Source of the DNA: an uncultured Gemmatimonadaceae bacterium
GTDB taxonomy: Bacteria > Gemmatimonadota > Gemmatimonadetes > Gemmatimonadales > Gemmatimonadaceae
DNA: 64,000 bases
Assembly: GCA_963716745.1 (NCBI GenBank)
Contig: OY970320.1
Span: 2,720,001-2,784,000, forward strand
Direction of reading: 5' to 3'
Shown: positions 1-14,594 of the stretch, piece by piece
Numbering within the stretch: position 1 is the first letter of the stretch
How the letters are laid out: every line of letters starts with the position of its first letter
The notes under the pieces: generated by a model
Databases searched by the model: none
Told to the model about the DNA's origin: nothing
The model's input: only the letters and a program-made list of their open reading frames with translations
Program-made: the position numbers and the translations under genes

Positions 1-1794
1 CTTGTAGCGCGTGTCCACCACGCGCCGCTTCACCTTGAGCGTGGGCGTGAGCTCGCCGCTCTCGATGGTGAAGTCGTGGTCGAGCAGCCCGAACTTCTTC
101 GGCTGTTCGAAGTGCGCGAGGCCGTGGATGTTCGCGAGCACCTCCTTCTCCATCTTCGCCTTCACCGCCGGGTCGTTCACCATGGCGGCGTGGTCGGGGA
201 AGGTGAGTCCCTCGCCCGCCGCCCACTTCTCGAGCTGCGCGAAGTCGGGCACCACCAGCATCACGGGGAACTTGCGCTTGTCGCCGATCATCACGGCCTG
301 CAGCACGAACTTGTTGGTCTTCACCTGATTCTCGATCGGCTGCGGCGCGATCTTCTTGCCGCCGGCGGTCACGATGATGTCCTTCTTGCGGTCGGTGATG
401 CGCAGGTAGCCATCGTTGAATTCGCCGATGTCGCCGGTGTGGAACCATCCCTCGGCATCGATCGCCTCCTTCGTCGCCTCGGGGCGGTTGTAGTAGCCCT
501 TCATCACGTGCGGTCCGCGCGTGAGGATCTCGCCGTCGGGAGCGATCATGGTTTCGATGCCGGAGATCGGCTTGCCCACGGTGCCAATGCGATTGAACTC
601 GGGCGTGTTCACGGCGATCACCGGCGACGTCTCGGTGAGCCCGTAGCCTTCGAGAATGAGAAGTCCCGCGGCATAGAAGAAGCTGTTGATCTCGGGGGCC
701 AGCGGCGCGCCGCCGCTCACGAAGTACCTCAGCCGTCCGCCGACGCGCTCGCGCAGCTTGGAGAACACGAGCTTGTCGGCGACCTGGTATTGGAACGCGA
801 GGAAACCCTTGGGCGCGCGCCCTGCCTGCATCTCGGCGGCCCACCGGTCGCCCACGCCGCGCGCCCAGAGGAAGATCGTCTTCTTGGCCCAGCCGCCGGC
901 GAGCGCCTTCTCGAGCACGGCCGCGTAGATCTTCTCGTAGATGCGCGGCACCGACACGACGAGCGTCGGTTTGATCTCGCCAATGTTCTCGAGGATCGTG
1001 TTCATCGACTCGACGTACGCGATCGACACGCCCACGTAGAACATCAGGAAGTCGAACATCCGCTCCAGGATGTGCGAGAGCGGCAGGAAACTGAGCGAGA
1101 CGTCGGTGCTGCGGAACGGGATCGCGTTCGCCACCGCGAGCACGTTCGACGTGATGTTGCCGTGCGAGAGCATCGCGCCCTTGGGCGCGCCGGTGGTGCC
1201 GGACGTGTAGATGATCGTCGCGAGATCATCGGGACGCACCGACAGCGCGTCGGCGCGGTACTGCGCGAGCGTCGCGGCGTTCTCCGCCGCCGCGCCGCGC
1301 GCTTCGAGCGCCGCGAGCGAGAGTTCCACGCCCGGCAAGCGCTCGTCGGAGAACGAGATCACATGCTGCAGCGCCGGCAGCTCGCCGCGCACCTCCGCGA
1401 TCTTCGCCGCCTGCTCCGCCGTCGAGACGAAGAGCGCGACCGCGCCCGAATCCTTCAGGATGAACGCGATCTGCTCGGGCGGCAGCGTCGGATAGAGCGG
1501 CACGTTCGTGACGCCGCTCGTGAGGCAGGCGAAGTCGGCGATCGCCCATTCGGGACGGTTCTCCGAGAGCAGCGCCACGCGCGCGCCGCGCGTCACGCCC
1601 AGCGTGCGCAGGCCGAGCGCGGCGCGGCGCACGCGCTCCGCGAGCACGCGGTGCGAGATCGGGCGGAACACGCCGTTCACTTTCGCTTGCAGCGCGTTGT
1701 CGCGGTCGTGCCGCTCCACGGCGTCGAAGAACAGTTGGTTCAGTGTGCCGGGCGCCGTGCGCATCGAGCCGGATGGGCTTGCGGGAGCGATCAT
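1..1794 (-). CDS. Long-chain fatty acid--CoA ligase (AMP-dependent synthetase), 3' end outside window
   Basis: Manual minus-strand translation from ATG 1794: MIAPAS...ALLSENRPEW...TIIYTSGTTGAPKGAMLSHGN (AMP-binding motif), EGYGLTETSP, GWFHTGDIG, ITDRKKD. Confidence 0.92.
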   Translation of the reverse strand, partial: MIAPASPSGSMRTAPGTLNQLFFDAVERHDRDNALQAKVNGVFRPISHRVLAERVRRAALGLRTLGVTRGARVALLSENRPEWAIADFACLTSGVTNVPLYPTLPPEQIAFILKDSGAVALFVSTAEQAAKIAEVRGELPALQHVISFSDERLPGVELSLAALEARGAAAENAATLAQYRADALSVRPDDLATIIYTSGTTGAPKGAMLSHGNITSNVLAVANAIPFRSTDVSLSFLPLSHILERMFDFLMFYVGVSIAYVESMNTILENIGEIKPTLVVSVPRIYEKIYAAVLEKALAGGWAKKTIFLWARGVGDRWAAEMQAGRAPKGFLAFQYQVADKLVFSKLRERVGGRLRYFVSGGAPLAPEINSFFYAAGLLILEGYGLTETSPVIAVNTPEFNRIGTVGKPISGIETMIAPDGEILTRGPHVMKGYYNRPEATKEAIDAEGWFHTGDIGEFNDGYLRITDRKKDIIVTAGGKKIAPQPIENQVKTNKFVLQAVMIGDKRKFPVMLVVPDFAQLEKWAAGEGLTFPDHAAMVNDPAVKAKMEKEVLANIHGLAHFEQPKKFGLLDHDFTIESGELTPTLKVKRRVVDTRYK

Positions 1795-1808
1795 GGGGAT
1801 CCCGTCGG

Positions 1809-2592
1809 TCAGTGGATATGCAGACTTGAGCGTGAAATGCACCGGACTGCCCGGCACCGCGGTGTGATTCTGTTCGTACGCGAACACGCTCACGCCCACG
1901 GAATCGGTGAGCGTGTCGGCGAGCAGCGTGAGGCGGAGCTGCAGCGTCGATTGTCCGCCGGCCACCGTGGTATCGATGAGCTGCGGGACGAGCGTGCTGT
2001 TCACGATCTGCGGTTTCGCCGGATCGACATTGGTGTTCGTGGACGGATACGTGATCACGTATTGGAGACGGTATGGCGCGAGGCCCGTGGTGTCGAGCGC
2101 AGTGATATGCGACAGCACCGTCCGCAGCGGGATGAGCGTATCGCGCCCGTTCGCCTTGTTGAAATCGATCGCGTAGTGCGTGCTGTCAAGAGGATACAGG
2201 CTGTCGGGATGGAGCAGCACGATGATCGAGATCGGCAGCGTCTGGATCCCGCCGGCGGCCGCCAGCACGCGCGCGCTGCCGGTGTCGGTCGCGAACAGTT
2301 TGCCGGTGATCGAGTCCGCGCTCACGTTCTCGCGGCCGGTGAGCACGAGAAAGCGGATCGGCGCGCCGGGGATCGACTCGCCCTGGTTGTTGAACGCGGT
2401 CGCCACGAGCGGCACGACGTTCCCCAGGGTGTCGTGCAGCGAGTCGCCCACCACCATCGACGGCAGCTGCGGCGGGAAGAGCTGCAGCGAGAGCACGGCC
2501 AGCGGATCGGTGGGCACGTGGGTGCACGCGAGCGCCACGGTGTACGCGATCAGTGCGACGCCGAGCGCGGCGCGCGTGCGCCGGCGCCTCAT
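1809..2592 (-). CDS. Hypothetical lipoprotein, beta-rich (Ig-like?)
   Basis: MRRRRTRAALGVALIAYTVALAC signal/lipobox; start overlaps the parA stop. As sequenced it reads through in frame into the ligase; a TGA at 1809-1811 lies one base out of frame. Confidence 0.6.
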
Positions 2593-3356
2593 GCGAGCCG
2601 CGAAGCGAGGAGCGTGGCGAGGTTCACGTACGCCTGCGACGCGGGGTCGGCGGGATCGCGAAGCACCACCGGCTGCCCGGCGGCGAACGCCTCCATGGCG
2701 CCGGCGCTGCGCGGGATGGTCTGTTCGAGCACCATGTCCTTGGGCAGATGCGCGCGGGCGTACTCGGCCACCTTCATGCTGATCGGATTCGCGGCGTCGG
2801 TCATCGTCAACACTATACCGTCGAACACCAGCTTTGGGTTCGCGGCCGCGATCGCCTGGATGCCGCGCAGGATCTGCGGCGTGGTCTGCAGCGCGAGCGG
2901 CTCGCACTGGAGCGGCACCAGCACGTGCTGGCTGAGCTGGAGCACGCGGTGCGAGATCGGTCCGAGGCCGGGCGGCGTATCGACGAGCACCACGTCGCAG
3001 CGCTCGCGCGCGAGTGCGACCACTTCGGCGAGCGCCTGGTCGCGCTCGATGTGCTCGTGGAAGCTCGAGTGGTCCGATTCGCCCGACACCGAGCCCGCGA
3101 GGATCACGCGCAGCCAGGGCAGGGCGGTGGGCAGGATCACGTCGCGCAGCGCCTTGGAGCCGTTCAGGTAATCGGAGATGCCGTGCGGCGCGTGGCCGCG
3201 GCGCAGACCCACGCCGAAGCGCACGGCGCCCTGCGGGTCGGCATCGATGAGCAGCGTCTTGAGTCCGCGGCGCGCGAAGGCGGCGGAGAGATTCACCGCC
3301 GTGGTCGTCTTGCCGACGCCGCCCTTCTGGCTGACGATCGCGAGGACAGGTCCCAC
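2589..3356 (-). CDS. ParA/Soj family ATPase
   Basis: Deviant Walker A SQKGGVGKTT, IDADPQG, DTPPGLG; GTG start at 3356. Confidence 0.9.
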   Translation of the reverse strand: MGPVLAIVSQKGGVGKTTTAVNLSAAFARRGLKTLLIDADPQGAVRFGVGLRRGHAPHGISDYLNGSKALRDVILPTALPWLRVILAGSVSGESDHSSFHEHIERDQALAEVVALARERCDVVLVDTPPGLGPISHRVLQLSQHVLVPLQCEPLALQTTPQILRGIQAIAAANPKLVFDGIVLTMTDAANPISMKVAEYARAHLPKDMVLEQTIPRSAGAMEAFAAGQPVVLRDPADPASQAYVNLATLLASRLA

Positions 3357-3358
3357 GG

Positions 3359-3814
3359 CTATTCGGGCTCGCGCAGATCGCCCACGCCGCCGCCCGACTG
3401 GATCTTCTCGAGCGTCGATTGCGCGTGCGCGATCCACTGGGCGGCCTCGTCGCCGCGCGGCGGATGATCGAGGAAGGCCCGCAGATGCTGCTCCGCGCCG
3501 GGCGCGTCGCCGCGCTTGAGGAGCAGGAACGCGAGCCCGTAGTGCGCGCCCGAGAGTTTGCCGTCGAGCTCGAGCGCGCGCCGGTAGCTGCGCAGCGCCT
3601 CGTCATAGCGCCCGGTCTTCGTGCAGGCGATCGCGAGGTTGGTCACGATCTTGGGATCGTTGGGGAAATCGCGCATCGCGAGACGGTACGACGTCAGGGC
3701 CGCGTCGTAGTTGCCCTGGCGCTCGAGCGCGAGCGCCTCGCCGAGGTAATCGAGACGCGGCGGCCGCGCCGGACGGCCGGAAGCCAGCCCGAGGAGTCGG
3801 CGCCACCAGGACAT
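3359..3814 (-). CDS. Tetratricopeptide repeat protein
   Basis: TPR-like repeats (GNYDAALTSY, GRYDEALRSYRRAL, AHYGLAFLL). Confidence 0.85.
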   Translation of the reverse strand: MSWWRRLLGLASGRPARPPRLDYLGEALALERQGNYDAALTSYRLAMRDFPNDPKIVTNLAIACTKTGRYDEALRSYRRALELDGKLSGAHYGLAFLLLKRGDAPGAEQHLRAFLDHPPRGDEAAQWIAHAQSTLEKIQSGGGVGDLREPE

Positions 3815-4000
3815 GCGTTCTTGAGTCAGGAGGTCATCGGTGGTGGTCGTCGGTTGAGCGTGGACGCCGGCGCAACGTGCTCTCGCTGCGCAAAGTTACC
3901 GACTCGTGGCGAGGGGAGCAACACGCTGTTGCCATCGAGGGCCCGCGGGTAAGTTCCGTGTCCGGCCGCGGTGCGCCGGGTCCCCGAGCAGGGAGGGCGT

Positions 4001-4517
4001 ATGTCGCCTCGACGAAAGACCGTGGACCAGGCGCGCGGCGTGATGGAAGTGGACTGGCCGCTGTTCGGCGAGTTGTCGCGCGCGCTCGCGCTCAAGGTGG
4101 CGCGCTCGTACGACCCCGAGATCGTCGTGGGCATCGCGACGGCGGGCGTCGTGCCCGGCGCGGTGATCGCCGCGATCCTCGACCGCGAATTCCATTCGAT
4201 CGTCGTGAGCCGCCGCATCCGCAGCACCGTCGTGCGCGACACACCGGCGATCTTCGGCGCGGCGCCGGCCGAAGTGCGCGACCGTCGCGTCCTGCTGGTG
4301 GACGAGACCTGCGACAGCGGTGACACGATGCGTCTGGCCGTGGCCGCGATCGTGAACGCCGGCGCGCGCGACATTCCGCACCGCGGTGGGATTCCGCACC
4401 GGCGCCTACGCGCCCGATTTCGCGGGGCTGGAGACGGAGAGCACGATCGTTCTTCCGTGGGACAAAGAGATTCTCGTGAACGGAGAACTCGTCGTGAAAC
4501 CTGACTATCGAGTCTGA
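4001..4517 (+). CDS. Phosphoribosyltransferase family protein (frameshift near 4375)
   Basis: PRPP-binding loop VLLVDETCDSGDT; the C-terminus (IVLPWDKE) continues in another frame. Confidence 0.85.
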
Positions 4518-4525
4518 ACGGCAGA

Positions 4526-4627
4526 CCTAGACGCTAGACCTAGACGTTAGAATACAAAAGCGGCCGCCCGAATAGGGCGGCCGCCTTTTGCGTAGCCGTA
4601 TTCTAGCGTCTAGGTCTAGCGTCTAGG
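4526..4627. repeat. Heptamer-period (CTAGACG/CTAGACC) 30-bp inverted repeat enclosing a terminator
   Basis: cctagacgctagacctagacgttagaatac (4526-4555) pairs with gtattctagcgtctaggtctagcgtctagg (4598-4627). Confidence 0.85.
4555..4590. terminator. Bidirectional intrinsic terminator between convergent genes
   Basis: caaaag-cggccgccc-gaata-gggcggccg-ccttttg, with A and T tails on either side. Confidence 0.8.
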
Positions 4628-5198
4628 CCTGCAGTTGCGACGCCGCACTCTCATAGCTCGCGCCGCGATCCATTTCCGAGAATATGAACCCGAGCACCTC
4701 ACTGCTCCCCAGCAGGAAACGGCAGCGAGACGCCCCCATCGACCGGCATTCCACCTCGAGCACCGCGAGTGGGGCGTCGGAGAGGCGGCCGAAGAAATCG
4801 GCGAACATGCCGGTCGTGAAGTGGCATGCGGGGTGGTCGAGCTTGCTGTCGGGATCGGCCTCGTGCCAGTCGCTCGAGTCCACCGCGACCACGGAATCGT
4901 TGAGCGCGCTCACCGCGATCTTCCCCCAGCCCGTCGCCTGGAAGTACAGCGACGCCCGATGCTGGAACTCGGCCATCTCGAGCTCGTCGGGGCTCGCCTT
5001 GCCTTGCGCGCGCAGCCACGCGCGGAACGATTCGAACACGTTGTCGCCGCCGGCGTAGCCAGCTTCCTGCAACCAGGAGGCGGCCGCCGGTCCTGCCTCG
5101 CGCACGATGGCGGCGCGCAGCGCGGCGAGCGCGGAGCGGCTCACCGCGAGCATCCGGTGGTCGGTGAGGTCGATCGGTTGGATCATCGCGGTTCCCAT
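4623..5198 (-). CDS. Stand-alone V4R (4-vinyl reductase-like) domain protein
   Basis: ATGWGKI...PACHFTTGMFA...EVECRSMGASRCRF, the V4R Cys/Glu pattern. Confidence 0.8.
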   Translation of the reverse strand: MGTAMIQPIDLTDHRMLAVSRSALAALRAAIVREAGPAAASWLQEAGYAGGDNVFESFRAWLRAQGKASPDELEMAEFQHRASLYFQATGWGKIAVSALNDSVVAVDSSDWHEADPDSKLDHPACHFTTGMFADFFGRLSDAPLAVLEVECRSMGASRCRFLLGSSEVLGFIFSEMDRGASYESAASQLQA

Positions 5199-5199
5199 A

Positions 5200-7243
<2,044 letters not shown>

Positions 7244-7276
7244 CTACACGTCAACGACCAGACGCGCCGTCGCAGA

Positions 7277-8081
7277 TCAGCCCTTTGCTTCCTCGCTGAT
7301 CACTTCCATGGCCACCGACACGAGCCGCTCCAGCTCCTCGTCCGCGTGCGTCGCCAGCAGCGTCTCCGCCCACATGTGGTCCTCGGCATTCGTGTACCGG
7401 TCGATCAACCGGCGCACGAAGGCGATCAGCGCGATGCGCTGCGAGTTCGCCGCGGCGCGACGTCACCTGCGCCTCCTGCTCGTCGCGCACCGCCGCCTCG
7501 AACCGGTGCGCGTTGCGCAGCGCGTTGGCCGTGAGCGACGCGACCACCTGGCAGAAGCGCACGTCGCGCTCGTCGAACGGCGCCGCATCGCGCTCGGTGC
7601 GCAGGAAGATCGCGCCGATCGTGGTGCCCCTCCAGCGGATCGGCACCACGACGATGGACCGCACGTTGCGCAGCGCGAGCATCATCTGCACGCCCTGGAA
7701 CATCGGGTCGTTCGCCGCGTCGGGGATGAACACCGTCTCGCCGCTCGCGAAGGCGCGCTTGAGTTCGGGATAGCGGTCGAGGTCGACGATGAGGTTGCTG
7801 AGCGACGGATCCTCGTACGTCGCCATGAGCCGCACGTCCTGGCTCTCACCGGCGAGATAGATCGAGCAGCGGTCGAGGCCGAAGGTCTGGCCGAGCTTCT
7901 TCGCGATCGTCTGCAGGATGTCCACGAAATGCAGCGACGCGGAGATCTCGGTGAGGATGTCCACCACGGCCACGAGATGCTCGCGCTCCCGCTCGAGTTC
8001 GGCGACGCGCGCGGCGAGCCGGCTGCGCTCGTCGACGGGGGCGGCATTGAGACTCATGGGCGTGAGGCGGGCGTGGGTCAT
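7277..8081 (-). CDS. GAF domain protein with short helical C-terminal domain (frameshift near 7460)
   Basis: Coiled-coil N-terminus, GAF signature (DRCSIYL...RSIVVVPI...IGAIFL...F...DVRF); C-terminus VDRYTNAEDHMWAETLL...EEAKG* in a shifted frame. Confidence 0.75.
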
Positions 8082-8205
8082 GCGGTCAGGTAGAGGGGTC
8101 GTGGAACGCGACAGCCGCGCCCCGGATGCGGCACCCGGAGCGGCGGTCCATCGCCTCACCTCTGGGACGCCTCCGTCCCGGCGATGGTCACGCCGGGCGG
8201 GCGCG

Positions 8206-8979
8206 CTACTTGTTCAGCTTCGCGAGCAGGTCCTGCGCCTGCTGTTTGTAGTGCGGATCGTTGTACTCGGTCGGCTTGAGCTCGATCACCATGTTCAGTT
8301 GCTGCTTGGCCAGCGCCTTGTCGCCGTCGTGGTTGCGGTCCATGTAGATCTCGCCGAGATCGAGGTGATGCACGATGCGCGTCGGATCGATCTTCACGGC
8401 CTTGTTCATGTAGAACACGGCGGAATCCCAGCTCGCTTGGTCGAACACTTTGCCGCCCAGGAATGTTTTCGCGAAGAAGCGCGACATGCCGCTGAGGCGC
8501 ATGATCTCGGCGTTCCAGCGGCCCATCACGTGCAGGGAGCCAGCGTTCATCGAATCGAGTTTGAGCGATTCGAGCGCGTCATTGCGGATCTCGCCCGCGT
8601 AGTGCACGCGCTCCTTCTTGCTGAGCGTGAGCGACGTGCGGCCCAGCGCGCGCGCGAGCACGAACCATCCATCGGTGCCCGCGGGATTCACTCGCGTGGC
8701 GCGGCGCGCGTAGTCCTCGCCCTCGGTGTAGTACGCTTTCTGCTGCACCTTCGACGTGTCGAATTCGCCGAGCGACACCGCCTCGCGCGATGCCTTCCAC
8801 AGCGCCGCGTAATCGTTGGAGTCGAGCGCGATCGCGGCCTTGTAGTGATTGTACGCGGCGGGCGCGTTCATCGCGGCGCTCGCACTGTCGCCTTCGGCGA
8901 CGTGCATGGCGGCGGACTGCGCGGCGGCGCCGGCGGCGACGAAGAGCGCGGCGGCGGCCGCGAGGTGGCGCGTGAGCAT
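8206..8979 (-). CDS. Secreted TPR-like protein
   Basis: Signal peptide (AAAALFVAAGAAAQ) followed by TPR-like helices. Confidence 0.75.
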   Translation of the reverse strand: MLTRHLAAAAALFVAAGAAAQSAAMHVAEGDSASAAMNAPAAYNHYKAAIALDSNDYAALWKASREAVSLGEFDTSKVQQKAYYTEGEDYARRATRVNPAGTDGWFVLARALGRTSLTLSKKERVHYAGEIRNDALESLKLDSMNAGSLHVMGRWNAEIMRLSGMSRFFAKTFLGGKVFDQASWDSAVFYMNKAVKIDPTRIVHHLDLGEIYMDRNHDGDKALAKQQLNMVIELKPTEYNDPHYKQQAQDLLAKLNK

Positions 8980-9037
8980 GGAATCTCCGACATTGGGGGT
9001 TGGCGTCTCAAGCTAGGACTACCCCACACCGCGGTCA

Positions 9038-10369
9038 ATGATCGTCACCCGGCTCCTCGAGCGGAAACGCGATGGCTTGCGACTCGATGACGCCGAATGG
9101 CGCGCATTCATCGCAGCGTACGCCGACGGCGACGTGCCCGACTATCAGATGGCCGCGTTCCTGATGGCGGTGTTCGTGCGCGGACTCGACGCCGGCGAGA
9201 CCGCCGCGCTCACCGAGGCGATGCTCGCAAGCGGCGCGAGCCTCGATCTCTCGCAGCTGAAAGTGAAGCGCGTGGACAAGCACTCCACCGGCGGCGTGGG
9301 CGACAAGGTGTCGCTCGTGCTCGCGCCGCTCGTCGCATCGCTCGGCGTCGCGGTGCCGATGATGTCCGGGCGCGGACTCGGCCACACCGGCGGCACGCTC
9401 GACAAACTCGAGGCGATCCCGGGATTCCGCACCGCGCTCACGCTCGCCGAAGCGCGCGCCCAGGTGGAAAGCATCGGGTGCGCGCTCATCGGCCAGACGC
9501 CGGAGATCGCGCCGGCCGACCAGAAGATGTACGCGCTCCGCGACGCGACGGGAACGATCGAGAGCATCCCGCTCATCGCGGCGAGCATCATGAGCAAGAA
9601 GCTGGCGGAGGGGCTCAACGGCCTCGTGATCGACATCAAGCGCGGCTCGGGCTCGTTCCTCCCGGAGCTCGAGCGCGGCGTGGAGCTCGCGCGCGTAATG
9701 ATCGCGCTCGGCGCGGCGCATCAGTGCGAGGTGATCGCACTCGTGACCGCCATGGACCGCCCGCTCGGCCGCGCGTGCGGCGGCGCGCTCGAGACCGAGG
9801 AAGCGTGCCTCGCGCTGCGCGGCGAGGGGCCGACGGATCTGATGGAGGTGACGTACGCGCTGGGCGCCGAGATGCTCGTGCTGGGCGGCGTCGCCGCGAA
9901 CGGCGATCAGGCACGGCGGCAGATGGAGATCGCGATCTCGTCGGGGAAGGCGGCCGAGAAATTCCAGGCCGTGATCGAAGCGCAGGGCGGGAATCCCGCG
10001 GTGGTGGACGATCCCGCGCTCCTGCCGCAGGCCGAGGCGTGCGAACTCTTCGAGGCGCCGCGCCGCGGATTCGTCGCGCGCATCGAACCGCGCGCGGTGG
10101 GGCGGGGCATCACCGCGCTCGGCGGCGGCCGCGTGACGATGAGCGACGAGGTGGACCCGGCGGTGGGATTCGTGATCAGCGCGAAGCCGGGCGATTGGGT
10201 GGAGGCTGGCGAGCCACTCGCGACGATCTTCGCGCGGGATGCGGCGGGGGTACAGGCGGGGCGGGCGGCGTTGCGGGAGGCGATCGTCGTGGCTGATGAG
10301 GCGGAACCGCCGTTGCCGCTGATCTCACACCGGGTGACCAGCGCGGGATTGGAGAATTACGAACACTGA
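9038..10369 (+). CDS. pdp: Pyrimidine-nucleoside/thymidine phosphorylase
   Basis: DKHSTGGVGDK, MSGRGLGHTGGTLDKLE, SIMSKK motifs. Confidence 0.95.
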   Translation: MIVTRLLERKRDGLRLDDAEWRAFIAAYADGDVPDYQMAAFLMAVFVRGLDAGETAALTEAMLASGASLDLSQLKVKRVDKHSTGGVGDKVSLVLAPLVASLGVAVPMMSGRGLGHTGGTLDKLEAIPGFRTALTLAEARAQVESIGCALIGQTPEIAPADQKMYALRDATGTIESIPLIAASIMSKKLAEGLNGLVIDIKRGSGSFLPELERGVELARVMIALGAAHQCEVIALVTAMDRPLGRACGGALETEEACLALRGEGPTDLMEVTYALGAEMLVLGGVAANGDQARRQMEIAISSGKAAEKFQAVIEAQGGNPAVVDDPALLPQAEACELFEAPRRGFVARIEPRAVGRGITALGGGRVTMSDEVDPAVGFVISAKPGDWVEAGEPLATIFARDAAGVQAGRAALREAIVVADEAEPPLPLISHRVTSAGLENYEH

Positions 10370-10378
10370 ACCACTGAC

Positions 10379-10662
10379 GGCGTGAGTCGCACCCCGCACG
10401 CCGTGACTCGCACCCCGAACGTCGTGAGTACCAAGTCGTGCGTCGAACTGACTTTGGGGCGTCATTGGTAACCCGATCGCCGTGAGTCGAGGCCCGCACT
10501 CCGTCCGTCGTGAGTCACTCACGGTGTTCGGGGCGCGACTCACGCTGTTGGTGGTCCACGACGCATGACTCGGTACTCACGCCGTCAGTGGTCCACGACG
10601 CACGACTCGTCACTCACGGCGTTCGGGGTACGAGTCACGGCGTGCGGGGTGCGACTCACGCC
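10379..10662. repeat. Palindromic element A with about 67-bp terminal inverted repeats built of 21-bp units
   Basis: ggcgtgagtcgcaccccgcacgccgtgactcgcaccccgaacg... is mirrored by ...cgttcggggtacgagtcacggcgtgcggggtgcgactcacgcc. Confidence 0.85.
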
Positions 10663-10663
10663 C

Positions 10664-12120
10664 TTAGGCCGTTGCCCCAATATCCACGCGGATCCCTCGC
10701 CATTTCCCCTGCCGAAACCTGATCATGCTCAGCGCGCATCGCGTCGCATGCCCCGTGAGTATCGCCAGCCAAATGTTCATCGGCTGTAACGTGCCCGTAT
10801 GCTGGATCACGAAGCAGATCCCGAGTGGCACCGCCACTTGCGAGATGATCGAGATGTAAAGCGGGCTGCGCGTGTCGCCCGTGCCCTGCAATCCGCCCGT
10901 GTATGTGAGCGCGACGGCGATGAACAATCCCGACACGCTGAGCACGCGCAGCAGCTGCGTGCCGATCGCGACGACGTCCGGCGAGTTGAGGCCGAATATC
11001 GCGAGCAGCTGTGCCGGGAAGAAGTAGAAGAACAGTCCGAGGAACGACGCGCCGGCGAGCGCGATGCGGGCTGCGACGTGCACGGCGTGCTCCGCGCGGT
11101 CGGGATTGCCGGCGCCCAGGTTCTGCCCCGCGACGGCGGCCGCGGCGCCCATCAGTCCCGACGGAGGTCCACGTCACGAGCGAGAACAGCTCCGAGTACG
11201 ACACCGCGAACGCCGCCTGAGACGCGGCGCTCTGCGCGAGCGAACCGATGTACGACAGCATGAACACGCCGCCGATGTTCATCGCGATCCCCTGGATGCC
11301 GGTGGGCAATCCGAACCGGAAGAGCGACCGGATGATGTCCCAGTCGGGCGCGAAGCCGCTCTTCCGCGGGAATGACACCACCCAGCCGCCCGTCCATAGC
11401 TTGTACAGCGCGTACAGCGCGACGAGCCAACTCGACGTGCACGTGCCGATCGCCGCGCCCATGGTGCCGAACGCGGGGATCGGTCCCATGCCCGCGGATG
11501 AGAATCACGTTGAGGCCGATGTTGAGCGCCGTCATCACGATGCCGAGCACCATCGGCGTGCGCGCGTCGCCGGCGGAGCGCAGCGCCACGCCGAGCATGA
11601 AGAAGATCAGCATGCCCGTGCTGAACGAGAACATGATGCGCAGGAACGGGAGCGCCTGCGCCTTCACCGCGGGCGCGGCGTTCACGAGGTCCAGCAGCCA
11701 AGGCGACGCGAAATAACCAACCGGCGCCATGATCACGAGCGAGATCATCACCGCCGTGAGGAACGCCTGGTACACCGTGCGGTCCACCTTGTCGACGGCG
11801 CCCGCGCCGGCGAAGCGCGAGACGAGCACGCTCATGCCCGTGAAGAGCGACGAGATGAACACGATCACGACGAGGAAGATCTGCCAGGAGACGCCGATGG
11901 CCGCGTTGCCCGCGAAGCCCACGTAATGGCCGACCATGATGTGGTCGATGATCCCCTGCAGTCCGCCGATGATGTTCTGGATCATCGTCGGCCACGCGAT
12001 CTTCCACACCGCGCTCGGCAGCGGCCCCTCGACGATGGAGCGGTCGTACTTCCGCGCCACCGGTGGCGCGGGCGGCAGCTCCGTCACATCGAGATCGGCG
12101 GCGGGTGTGGGGTCGGCCAT
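10664..12120 (-). CDS. MATE family efflux transporter (two frameshifts)
   Basis: WKIAWP, VSRFAGAG, LRSAGDARTPM, GQNLGAG, LQGTGDTRSPL across three ORFs. Confidence 0.9.
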
Positions 12121-12136
12121 GCGGTGAACTATAGCG

Positions 12137-12241
12137 GCGCGGGACGCGGAACGTGGGATGCGGCGCGGGGCGCGAGAACGAATGGAGACGTCCCATTAGT
12201 TGTCGCATCCCGCGGCGCATCCCGCGTGCCGCGTCCCGCGC
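12137..12241. repeat. Heptamer-period (GGGACGC) inverted repeat
   Basis: gcgcgggacgcggaacgtgggatgcggcgcggggcgcga pairs with tcgcatcccgcggcgcatcccgcgtgccgcgtcccgcgc. Confidence 0.7.
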
Positions 12242-12244
12242 AGT

Positions 12245-14272
<2,028 letters not shown>

Positions 14273-14285
14273 TCATTTCAACGGC

Positions 14286-14594
14286 TTAGCGCATCAATTG
14301 CCAGTGGATGCGAGCGATCCGCGTGCGGCCTTCTTTCGCGTTCAACGCGGAGAGCAATTGCGGCTCCATCAATGACAGCTCGTTCATCCATGCGTTGGTG
14401 CGCACGGCCACGAACAGCGTGCCATCGCGCGCGATGTGATGCGGATCGGTGACCGCCGCGATCTGCTTTCCCACGAGCGCCGGCCACTCGGGAATGATCC
14501 CGGCTTGCTCGACGCGCGCCGCGAGCCCGGCGGTGCCCAAGAACTTCGCGAGCGTCTCGCCCACACGCTGCGGCTTTCCCTTGCGGTCGCTCAT
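14286..14594 (-). CDS. dciA: DciA / DUF721 family protein
   Basis: MSDRKGKPQRVG...WPALVGKQIAAVT...LFVAVRTNAWMNELS; lies between recF and gyrB. Confidence 0.85.
   Translation of the reverse strand: MSDRKGKPQRVGETLAKFLGTAGLAARVEQAGIIPEWPALVGKQIAAVTDPHHIARDGTLFVAVRTNAWMNELSLMEPQLLSALNAKEGRTRIARIHWQLMR

Noticed and set aside
76..3171. 1031-aa plus-strand ORF and other long antisense ORFs (e.g. 39390..42599, 42696..45110)
   Set aside because: Shadow frames opposite real genes, caused by high-GC codon bias; Arg/Ala-rich with no motifs
10379..10662. 21-bp repeats as a mini-CRISPR or small ORFs
   Set aside because: The units abut without unique spacers and are arranged as inverted arms; the ORFs merely translate the repeat
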